A DNA stretch of 32,927 nt from Eubacteriales bacterium (GTDB taxonomy: Bacteria; Bacillota; Clostridia; Oscillospirales; CAG-272): contig JAZUBE010000110.1 in the NCBI GenBank assembly GCA_045638325.1, positions 1-32,927 on the forward strand, written 5' to 3'. The position numbers and the translations under genes were made by a program. Below, in pieces: positions 26,328-32,927 of this stretch; position 1 is the first letter of the stretch; each line of letters begins with the position of its first letter. The notes under the pieces were generated by a model. The model saw only the letters and a program-made list of their open reading frames with translations, was not told where the DNA came from and did no database searches.

Positions 26328-26460
26328 CGTACGTATTACCATACCCCTATAAGCCTCTTCACCGTCGGACGTACTCAGAATGCGACCACCGTGTCGCAAG
26401 GGAAAACAATCCCACTGCATTCGCAAACAATGCGCAATGGGTTCCTCCACCACACAGAAA

Positions 26461-26579
26461 ATCTCCCCTGCGAACAGGGGGATTTTCAAGGGGGATGGAG
26501 CTTGCGACTCCCCCTTGAATGCCCTTCTTGGGGAGTCCAAGAGGGGAGGTTCTGGGGCAGTTCCAAGAACCTCCCCTTT
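26461..26579 (+). other. cluster of three to four consecutive G/C-rich hairpins in non-coding DNA
   Basis: H1: cccctg-cgaa-cagggg (26464-26479), then ATTTT. H2: caaggggga (26486-26494) / tcccccttg (26508-26516). H3: ggggaggttct (26542-26552) / agaacctcccc (26565-26575), then TTTT. An alternative stem, cccttcttgg (26521-26530) / ccaagagggg (26536-26545), overlaps the H3 left arm. Confidence 0.7.
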
Positions 26580-26631
26580 TGAAAAAGAATTATACAAATG
26601 GTTTGGTGTTCTTTACCGCCACATACACTCC

Positions 26632-26675
26632 GCACCATACAAACGGGCGACCGATGATCGCCACTGCAACGTGAT
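26632..26675. repeat. 44-nt direct repeat, copy 2
   Basis: gcaccatacaaacgggcgaccgatgatcgccactgcaacgtgat. Starts 348 nt downstream of copy 1, with 3 mismatches. Confidence 0.85.
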
Positions 26676-26689
26676 TCCTCACTTTGCTC

Positions 26690-26732
26690 AAAATCACAAA
26701 AATACATAGGGTGACAAAATCTGTCACCCTAT
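26690..26732 (-). terminator. rho-independent terminator of the Cys-rich protein gene
   Basis: 12-bp perfect stem catagggtgaca (26704-26715) / tgtcaccctatg (26721-26732). On the minus strand it is followed by a T-rich tail. Confidence 0.7.
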
Positions 26733-26745
26733 GTTATAAATCATC

Positions 26746-27450
26746 TTATTTTGATTTCGCCTTATCGCCGCAGAAGAGCTTTGCCGCTCTCTCGGGAGCA
26801 TCCTTGGCATTGCCCCAGGGCTCATCCGCATAACGGTAGTCGAATTTTTTGCAGAAGAAGCTCACATCCTCGGAAAGGCTTTCGGTATAGCTGTCGAGGA
26901 TGCCGTATATCACCTTGTAGAATGCGGAGAAATCCTTTCCTTTCATTCTCACCTTTGCTGCAGCGGCAAATTTTGCAAAATGGCTGTAGCAGAATCGCTC
27001 GGTGTTTCCTACTTTCTCACGGAATTTGTGATCGTTCTCCCACAGATGAACTGCTGTGTCGATCATTCTTGTGAAATGGTAGTCGATGCGTGAGCATACG
27101 TAGCATGATTTTTCAAGCTCTTCAAGGAGCTTTATGTCGGATGCGGCATTTGAGCCTGTCATGAGTCCGGGGCCCTTCAGCTTTTCTCGGATGTGGTCAA
27201 CGTGGCTCTCCATCATCAGTGCAAAAGGAAGTGCTTTTCCGCCGTTGAGAAGAGTATCAAAATGCTCATTACAAAAGCCCATCTCGTTTGTTTTGATGCG
27301 TGTGTCCGGCTCCATCATTGATGCACCGAGAATCAGATCGATCTCATTTGCCTCAAGACGTTCTCTCATGAGACAGAATGGACAACGGGGGCTCTCGCCT
27401 ACACTGTCCTCAAAGGCTTCGTTTACAGGTATAGTATATATGTTCTCCAT
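26746..27450 (-). CDS. conserved-looking Cys-rich protein of unknown function (234 aa)
   Basis: Two copies of a CxxC ... FCxxHF arrangement: CPFC ... FCNEHF, then CYVC ... FCYSHF. Clean ATG start and a terminator downstream. Confidence 0.75.
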   Translation of the reverse strand: MENIYTIPVNEAFEDSVGESPRCPFCLMRERLEANEIDLILGASMMEPDTRIKTNEMGFCNEHFDTLLNGGKALPFALMMESHVDHIREKLKGPGLMTGSNAASDIKLLEELEKSCYVCSRIDYHFTRMIDTAVHLWENDHKFREKVGNTERFCYSHFAKFAAAAKVRMKGKDFSAFYKVIYGILDSYTESLSEDVSFFCKKFDYRYADEPWGNAKDAPERAAKLFCGDKAKSK

Positions 27451-27490
27451 ATTACATCCTTTCTTCTGCAGGGCTATGCCCTGAACCCGA

Positions 27491-27517
27491 TTAAAACCTT
27501 TTTCAAAAAGGTTTTAA
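27491..27517. promoter_or_regulatory. perfect 13-bp inverted repeat in a divergent promoter region (candidate operator)
   Basis: ttaaaaccttttt (27491-27503) - c - aaaaaggttttaa (27505-27517). Lies between divergent gene starts at 27450 and 27594. Confidence 0.4.
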
Positions 27518-27593
27518 GGATTCCAAAAACTTTTATACTTAGATTATATATCAAAACAGACTTTAAATCAAGTGTTTTTCGCAGGAGGTGGCC

Positions 27594-28448
27594 ATGTCTT
27601 TTATAATTGATTCCGATGCCCTCGGCATTACCGTGGGCGGTATCGGCAATTTTTCTCCCGAAAAAACCTTTGACTGCGGACAGTGTTTCCGCTTTGAACC
27701 GACTGATAGCGGTGTTACGGGAATTGCGCACGGCAGACGTGTGAATATTTCCCGTGTGGGGGAGTGCCTCAGAATAGACGGTATCTTTGCCGATGATTTT
27801 GAAAACAAATGGGAGCATTATCTCGCACTTGACGAGGATTACGATTCTATCGATCGCATGATCGCAGAGGCGGTGCCTGCCGATAAGGGCGGAAAAACTC
27901 TTGCCGATGCGGCTGCTGTCTCTGCAGGGATACGTATACTCCGTCAGGAGAAGTGGGAGACTCTTTGCTCATTTATTATATCGCAGAATAACAATATCCC
28001 GAGAATAAAAAAGATCATCTCCGCCATGAGCGAGAAATGGGGGGAGAAGATCGGTGACGGGGATTTTGCATTTCCCACGGCAAAAGCGCTTGCCGATGCA
28101 GGGGAGGATGCTATATTTTCTCTTCGCACGGGATTCCGTGCAAAATACATAACCGATGCGGCAAGAAGAGTCGCAGAGGATCCGGGATTTCTTGACTCGG
28201 TTGCAGGATGCACCGATTACACGGAGGCGGATACCCTCCTCCGTACGATAAAGGGAGTGGGGCCGAAGGTCTCCGCCTGCACGCTTCTTTTCGGATTCGG
28301 AAGAACGGATGCGTTTCCGATTGATGTGTGGATAAAGCGTGTCCTTGAAAAATATTTTCCCGAAGGATTCGATCCTGCGGTCTTCGGAAAAGCGGCAGGA
28401 ATCGCCCAGCAGTACCTGTTCTTTTATGAGAGGTATAATCAGAATTAA
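27594..28448 (+). CDS. ogg: 8-oxoguanine DNA glycosylase / AP lyase (OGG, HhH-GPD superfamily)
   Basis: HhH-GPD motif with catalytic Lys and Asp context (IKGVGPKVSACTLLFGFGRTDAFPIDVWIKRVL). OGG-like N-terminal block FSPEKTFDCGQCFRF. I prefer the ATG at 27594 with RBS AGGAGG; the track start at 27588 is a GTG. Confidence 0.82.
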   Translation: MSFIIDSDALGITVGGIGNFSPEKTFDCGQCFRFEPTDSGVTGIAHGRRVNISRVGECLRIDGIFADDFENKWEHYLALDEDYDSIDRMIAEAVPADKGGKTLADAAAVSAGIRILRQEKWETLCSFIISQNNNIPRIKKIISAMSEKWGEKIGDGDFAFPTAKALADAGEDAIFSLRTGFRAKYITDAARRVAEDPGFLDSVAGCTDYTEADTLLRTIKGVGPKVSACTLLFGFGRTDAFPIDVWIKRVLEKYFPEGFDPAVFGKAAGIAQQYLFFYERYNQN

Positions 28449-28462
28449 AGGAGATCTGCATT

Positions 28463-29791
28463 ATGCGAAATATACTAAAGCGCACTGTATCCGCAATTTT
28501 TGCGGTGATTCTTGTGCTTCTTTCTGCGGTGGCTGCACTTGCGGACGAGGATAAGCACGATGCATCAAAGCCTCCCGTTATCGAGAATGCCGCTGCATAT
28601 TATCTGTACAATTTTGAAAACGACCGTGTTTTGTGCGAAGGCGGTACCGATACAGCGCTCTATCCCGCATCAACGGTAAAGCTCATGACGGGTATCCTTG
28701 CCGTGGAGAAATTCGGGAACGATCTTGAAAAGCGTATTACTATTACTTCCGAGATGCTTGAAAGAGCTGCAGGAAACAAGCTCGGTCTTGTGGCAGGCGA
28801 GGAAGTATCTGTTAAAGATATGCTTTATGCTACTCTTGAGGGCGGATATAACGATGCTGCTCTCGTTCTTGCCTGTGCCGTTGCGGGAAGCGTTGACGAA
28901 TTTGTGTCAATGATGAATACAAAGGCGTCTCTTCTGGGAGCTTTTGATACTCACTACACAAATCCTACGGGGCTTCATGACGATGCCATGATAACAACGG
29001 CGGCGGATACTGCGAAAATCGCAAAGTGTGCCGCGGGAATGCCTCTTATCGTTGAGATAACATCATCTCCGAAGTATGTTATGGATAAAACGAATCTGAA
29101 GGATTTTCGTAATATCTATAACAGAAACTGCCTTATATCAAAATTTTATGATACCTATGATATCCCTTACAGATACGAACGTGCTACGGGAATGAATGCG
29201 GGAAGCACGGGTAAGGCGGGAAGCGTTGTTGTTGCTACGGCGAAGAATGATGACGGTGATCTCACCTATCTTGCCATCGTAATGGGTGCGCACTCGGATG
29301 AAGATGTGAACTATGCATATGCAGGGGCAGTGACGCTTTTTGACTGGGCTTTCTCCGCCTGGGGATATGTGGATGTGCTTGCCGAGGAGAACGTCATCTG
29401 TGAGGTGCCCGTATCTCTTTCATCTGCTGTGGATTATGTGACACTTTCACCGAAGAAATCTCTGAGGGTATATCTGCCTGCCTCCGTTGATCCGGAGAAG
29501 GATATAGAATACAGCTATACAACACTGCATGAAGAGATCGCCGCTCCTATCAAAAAAGGCGATGTTGCAGGAACGGTAACGGCTATCTATAAAGGCGAGA
29601 TAATGGGTTCTTCGGACCTTATTACAAACATTGATGTGGAAAGAAGTGAGCTTCTCTACACTCTTTCCCAGATTGAAGAATTTACAAAGAGCAGATTTTT
29701 CATAGGCGCTCTCGTTTCGGCGATAATTCTATCTGCTGTATACATCTTCGTGAATGCACGGATAAAGACGAAACCGAGAGGATTCCAGTGA
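28463..29791 (+). CDS. PBP5/DacB-like D-alanyl-D-alanine carboxypeptidase family protein (peptidase S11-like)
   Basis: N-terminal signal/anchor sequence and SxxK motif (PASTVKLMTG). A C-terminal TM anchor is present (FFIGALVSAIILSAVYIFV). The overall layout matches sporulation-type DD-carboxypeptidases. Confidence 0.8.
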   Translation: MRNILKRTVSAIFAVILVLLSAVAALADEDKHDASKPPVIENAAAYYLYNFENDRVLCEGGTDTALYPASTVKLMTGILAVEKFGNDLEKRITITSEMLERAAGNKLGLVAGEEVSVKDMLYATLEGGYNDAALVLACAVAGSVDEFVSMMNTKASLLGAFDTHYTNPTGLHDDAMITTAADTAKIAKCAAGMPLIVEITSSPKYVMDKTNLKDFRNIYNRNCLISKFYDTYDIPYRYERATGMNAGSTGKAGSVVVATAKNDDGDLTYLAIVMGAHSDEDVNYAYAGAVTLFDWAFSAWGYVDVLAEENVICEVPVSLSSAVDYVTLSPKKSLRVYLPASVDPEKDIEYSYTTLHEEIAAPIKKGDVAGTVTAIYKGEIMGSSDLITNIDVERSELLYTLSQIEEFTKSRFFIGALVSAIILSAVYIFVNARIKTKPRGFQ

Positions 29792-29815
29792 TTCCCAAAA
29801 GTATATGAGGTACAA

Positions 29816-30622
29816 ATGATCGAAGCATATTCACTGTATTCCGGTTCATCCGGGAATGCGTATATCGTAAAGCACGGTGACACCGTGATCCTTGTGGATG
29901 CAGGAAGAAGCTGTGCCGCCCTTTGTAAGGGAATCCGATTGACGGGAATATCTCCCGAGGATATTTCGGCAATACTTATAACCCATGAACATACAGATCA
30001 CACATCTGCTCTCAGGGTATTCAACAAAAAATATCATACCACATTTATCGGGGCTGCTCCCGTTCTGGCGGCAGTATGCGAGAATGAGGATATGTGCGAT
30101 TGTGCGAGAGCACTTTCTCCCGGACGAGGTTTTACTATCGGCACTATAAGCGTGTGTGCCTGCGTTACGCCTCACGACAGTTCTGCAAATATGTGCTACA
30201 GATTTTCCGATGCGGAAGGTGACAGCCTTGTTATTGCAACGGATATGGGCGAGGTGACTCCCGAGTGTGAGGAATTTCTGTCGGGTGCGAGATGTGCGGT
30301 GATCGAAGCGAATCACGATCCCGACATGCTGAAATTCGGACCCTATCCGGCGAGTCTTAAATCCCGTATTGCCTCAAGGAGAGGGCATCTTTCAAACGGT
30401 CAGTGCGCTACTCTTGCGGCAGGACTTGCAAAATCGGGCACATCAGGCTTTGTTCTTGCTCACCTGAGCCGCGAGAATAATACACCGTCTCTTGCTCTGT
30501 CTGCGGTGACAACCATGCTTTGTGAGTCCGGTTTTGGAAATCTCCCTGTTACCTGTGCGGGAGAGGACCATATGGTGAAGATCACAGTAGATGGCGGTAG
30601 TTGTGATATCTGTACTATATAG
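29816..30622 (+). CDS. MBL-fold metallo-hydrolase (YycJ/WalJ-like)
   Basis: HxHxDH motif (ITHEHTDH). Positioned directly upstream of rlmH, as yycJ is in Bacillus-type gene order. Confidence 0.82.
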   Translation: MIEAYSLYSGSSGNAYIVKHGDTVILVDAGRSCAALCKGIRLTGISPEDISAILITHEHTDHTSALRVFNKKYHTTFIGAAPVLAAVCENEDMCDCARALSPGRGFTIGTISVCACVTPHDSSANMCYRFSDAEGDSLVIATDMGEVTPECEEFLSGARCAVIEANHDPDMLKFGPYPASLKSRIASRRGHLSNGQCATLAAGLAKSGTSGFVLAHLSRENNTPSLALSAVTTMLCESGFGNLPVTCAGEDHMVKITVDGGSCDICTI

Positions 30623-30631
30623 GATAGGATT

Positions 30632-31129
30632 ATGATTAAAATAAAAATGATATGTATGGGTGCTCTGTCAGAGCCTTATTTCAGAGATGCGGCGGCAGAG
30701 TATAAAAAGAGACTTGGCGGGTACTGCGATTTTGAGGAGATACGCCTGAAGGATGCACATATGGGCAGAGCCGCAAGCGGCGGTACCCCTACTGCAGGTG
30801 ATATTGCGGCGGCTCTTGACAAAGAGGCGGATGATATCCTTTCAAAGATCCCCAAGCGTGCGGTAGTGGTTGCTCTCTGTATTGAAGGCAAGATGCTCTC
30901 CTCAGAGGCTCTTGCGGAGTGGATCGATAAGCGTACTGCATCGGGCGCATCGGAATTTTGTTTTATAATCGGATCGTCTCACGGACTTTCCGACAGAGTG
31001 AAGGCGGCGGCTGATCTTAAATTCTCCATGTCGCCCCTGACATTTCCCCATCAGCTTGCATCTGTAATGCTGACGGAGGCGCTTTACCGTGCAATGGATA
31101 TAATCCGTGGCGGAAAGTATCACAAATAA
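30632..31129 (+). CDS. rlmH: 23S rRNA (pseudouridine1915-N3)-methyltransferase RlmH (SPOUT)
   Basis: The C-terminal SPOUT knot blocks are FIIGSSHGLS and SMSPLTFPHQLASVMLTEALYRA. Size is about 165 aa. Confidence 0.9.
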   Translation: MIKIKMICMGALSEPYFRDAAAEYKKRLGGYCDFEEIRLKDAHMGRAASGGTPTAGDIAAALDKEADDILSKIPKRAVVVALCIEGKMLSSEALAEWIDKRTASGASEFCFIIGSSHGLSDRVKAAADLKFSMSPLTFPHQLASVMLTEALYRAMDIIRGGKYHK

Positions 31130-31158
31130 TATTTGATGAAAAAGCAGAGGAAACTATC

Positions 31159-31581
31159 ATGGATATAATTATGGCTGTAGATTTCGGCGATGCTCGTACA
31201 GGACTTGCAGTTTCCGACAGTGCGGGAATGATGGCTCACGGTGCAGGCTGTATCGAAGGACTTGGATTCAAGAAAATGGCGGCGGCAGTTGCCGAGGCTG
31301 CTAAATCTCGTGAGGTTTCTCTTATTGTGGTGGGAAATCCCATAAATATGAATGGTACCGAAGGCCCCAGAAGCCAGAAATGCCGTGATTTTGCGGCGAT
31401 GGTGGGGGAAATTTCCGGGATACCCGTTGAAATGCAGGATGAAAGACTTACTACGGTAAGCGCTCACCGATTCCTCTCCGATTCGGGAGTTTCGGGAAAA
31501 GAGCATAAAAAGCACGTGGATGAGCTTTCCGCAACCCTCATTCTTGAGGCGTACATGGAAAAGAAGAAAAGACAGGGCTGA
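31159..31581 (+). CDS. ruvX: Holliday junction resolvase-like / pre-16S rRNA nuclease RuvX (YqgF)
   Basis: N-terminus AVDFGDARTGLAVSD and C-terminal block DERLTTVSA...DELSATLILEAYM are typical of YqgF. Confidence 0.85.
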   Translation: MDIIMAVDFGDARTGLAVSDSAGMMAHGAGCIEGLGFKKMAAAVAEAAKSREVSLIVVGNPINMNGTEGPRSQKCRDFAAMVGEISGIPVEMQDERLTTVSAHRFLSDSGVSGKEHKKHVDELSATLILEAYMEKKKRQG

Positions 31582-31584
31582 GCG

Positions 31585-32301
31585 ATGAGACGTGTTATAA
31601 TAACAGGCGGCTCACGGGGTATCGGCAGGGCGGCTGTGGAATTGTTTTCACGGGAAGGCGACAAGGTCGCGTTTCTGTATAATGCCTCAGATGATGCCGC
31701 CGCAGAGGTGGCGAATCTCACCGGTGCATATTCCGTGAAGGCGGATGTGGCTGATGACAAGTCATGTACCGAAGGGATGAAGAAGGCAATTGAGCACCTC
31801 GGCGGTGTTGATGTGCTTGTCTGTGCCGCAGGTGTGGCATATAAGAATTTCTTTGATGCAACGGCTCAGGAGGATTGGCGTCGCATTATGGAAATAAACG
31901 CAGGAGGCACATATCGCTGTATCCGTGAAGTGATACCCTTTATGGTGCGTCAGAAGTGGGGCAGGATAATCACCACTTCATCTGTGTGGGGTACAAACGG
32001 CGCATCCATGGAGGGTGTGTATTCCGCATCAAAGGCGGCGATCATCGGTATGACAAAGGCAGTGGCAAAGGAGCTTGCTCCTTCAGGAATAACCGTAAAC
32101 TGTATTGCTCCCGGCGTGATCGACACGGATATGAACCGTGATCTTTCAGATTCTGACAGAGACGAACTTGCAGGGGAGATACCTCTCGGCAGATTCGGCA
32201 CAGCAGCAGAAACGGCGGCACCGATGATGTTCCTTGCATCGGATGCGGCATCATACATCACTGCTCAGGTGATCGGTGTTAACGGAGGCTTTGGCGAGTA
32301 A
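31585..32301 (+). CDS. SDR family oxidoreductase (FabG-like 3-oxoacyl-ACP reductase type)
   Basis: Cofactor motif ITGGSRGIGRA, catalytic YSASKAA, and the blocks NCIAPGVIDTDM and GQVIGVNGG. Confidence 0.85.
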   Translation: MRRVIITGGSRGIGRAAVELFSREGDKVAFLYNASDDAAAEVANLTGAYSVKADVADDKSCTEGMKKAIEHLGGVDVLVCAAGVAYKNFFDATAQEDWRRIMEINAGGTYRCIREVIPFMVRQKWGRIITTSSVWGTNGASMEGVYSASKAAIIGMTKAVAKELAPSGITVNCIAPGVIDTDMNRDLSDSDRDELAGEIPLGRFGTAAETAAPMMFLASDAASYITAQVIGVNGGFGE

Positions 32302-32801
32302 TGGTCTTTACGAGAGATGAGTATTTCATGCATCTGGCGATGGAAGAGGCTCGTGCGGCTGCGGCAAGAGGTGAGATCCCCGTTGGTGCTGTAATTGTGC
32401 GGGACGGCCGTGTTATCGCATCTGCGGGAAACGGACGGGAAAGGGACAAATCTGCAGTTTCTCATGCGGAGCTGACAGCGATCGGTCGTGCTTGTGAGGT
32501 GCTTGGTGGATGGCGGCTTGTGGGGTGTGAGCTTTTCGTTACGCTTGAGCCGTGTCCTATGTGCATGGGTGCGATCATAAATGCCCGTGTGCCGAGGCTC
32601 GTATTCGGAGCGAGCGATCCCAAAGGGGGAGCTGTGGGTGGCCTTTTTGATATGAATAAGTATCCGCTGAATCATCATCCCGAGGTGAGATCCGGAGTGC
32701 TCGGAGATGAATGCGCTGAAATGCTCAGGAGTTTTTTCAGAGAGAGACGTGCCGGGGGCGGATTTGATGCTTCGAAAAAATGGCGTGAACGGCAAAAGTG
32801 A
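32301..32801 (+). CDS. tadA: tRNA adenosine(34) deaminase TadA
   Basis: CDA zinc motifs HAELTAI and TLEPCPMCMGA. About 166 aa. Its start overlaps the SDR stop (TAATG). Confidence 0.9.
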   Translation: MVFTRDEYFMHLAMEEARAAAARGEIPVGAVIVRDGRVIASAGNGRERDKSAVSHAELTAIGRACEVLGGWRLVGCELFVTLEPCPMCMGAIINARVPRLVFGASDPKGGAVGGLFDMNKYPLNHHPEVRSGVLGDECAEMLRSFFRERRAGGGFDASKKWRERQK

Positions 32802-32842
32802 GAGTTTTTTCTAAAACGGCGGAACTTTTTTCACATTTGCGC

Positions 32843-32871
32843 TTGACAAATCATGATTGTTGTGCTATTAT
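32843..32871 (+). promoter_or_regulatory. sigma-A promoter for the downstream tRNA gene
   Basis: TTGACA - 17 nt - TATTAT, preceded by TGc (extended -10). Ends about 30 nt upstream of the tRNA 5' end. Confidence 0.6.
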
Positions 32872-32900
32872 ATATAGGCTGTACAGAAAGCTGTACGGAT

Positions 32901-32927
32901 GCGCCCTTAGCTCAGCGGATAGAGTGC
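32901..32927 (+). tRNA. 5' portion of a tRNA gene, truncated by the window end (identity undetermined, possibly Arg)
   Basis: GCGCCCTTAGCTCAGCGGATAGAGTGC gives an acceptor 5' strand plus a canonical D arm (GCTC-AGCGGATA-GAGT). The anticodon lies outside the window. Confidence 0.7.

Noticed and set aside
26284-26675. Possible CRISPR array, because of a repeated ~44-nt unit.
   Set aside because: There are only two copies, 348 nt apart, which is far larger than any spacer. No cas genes are in the window, and the interval is filled with unrelated hairpins.
26070-26709. ORF-track entries 26070..26597 (-, 175 aa), 26380..26709 (+), 26391..26582 (+) and 26486..26707 (-) as possible genes.
   Set aside because: They overlap one another in several frames on both strands and have no RBS. 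Their translations are built from the arms of G/C-rich hairpins and the 44-nt repeat. They are best explained as non-coding structured or repeat DNA.
26137-26745. GTGCG at about 26138 as the 5' end of an ORF-less group II intron.
   Set aside because: No domain V-like sequence, no intron-encoded protein and no recognisable exon context. GTGCG alone is uninformative.
30740-30790. A roughly 10-residue Gly/Ala/Thr-rich insertion in RlmH (HMGRAASGGTPTAGD) relative to the E. coli protein.
   Set aside because: A loop-length difference of this size is common among orthologues. The SPOUT knot motifs are intact, so nothing suggests altered function.

Overview
This looks like a chromosomal segment from a moderately GC-rich Firmicutes/Clostridia-like genome. 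Supporting signs are GGAGG-type ribosome-binding sites (RBS), TTGACA-17-TATAAT promoters, a WXG100 gene pair and a V-type ATPase operon. All GC statements below are by eye, not computed. Layout: (1) 149-793, two WXG100 (Esx-like) genes. (2) About 809-15320, a lower-GC integrative island of roughly 14.5 kb. It carries two translationally coupled serine recombinases, a roughly 1050-aa ECF sigma factor fused to a large soluble C-terminal region, and a very AT-rich three-gene cassette. That cassette encodes a nitrilase-superfamily (CN-hydrolase-like) fusion protein, a winged-helix protein and an acidic helical protein. The island also carries an AEP primase / P4-D5-type helicase, an IS1595-like protein whose DDE residues look degenerate, and an AT-rich orphan three-TM membrane protein. 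(3) 15411-15487, a tRNA with a CAT anticodon (minus strand) that has its own strong promoter. (4) 15606-24370, a nine-gene V-type ATPase operon on the minus strand. (5) galK, followed by a 0.66-kb non-coding stretch dense in hairpins with a 44-nt direct repeat. (6) A housekeeping block: a Cys-rich protein, ogg, a PBP5-like carboxypeptidase, a WalJ-like MBL hydrolase, rlmH, ruvX, an SDR, tadA and the 5' end of another tRNA. The best candidate for an undescribed system is the AT-rich cassette at 7010-10142. The fused ECF sigma factor and the orphan membrane protein are secondary candidates. All functional calls rest on motifs read by eye; no database search was possible.
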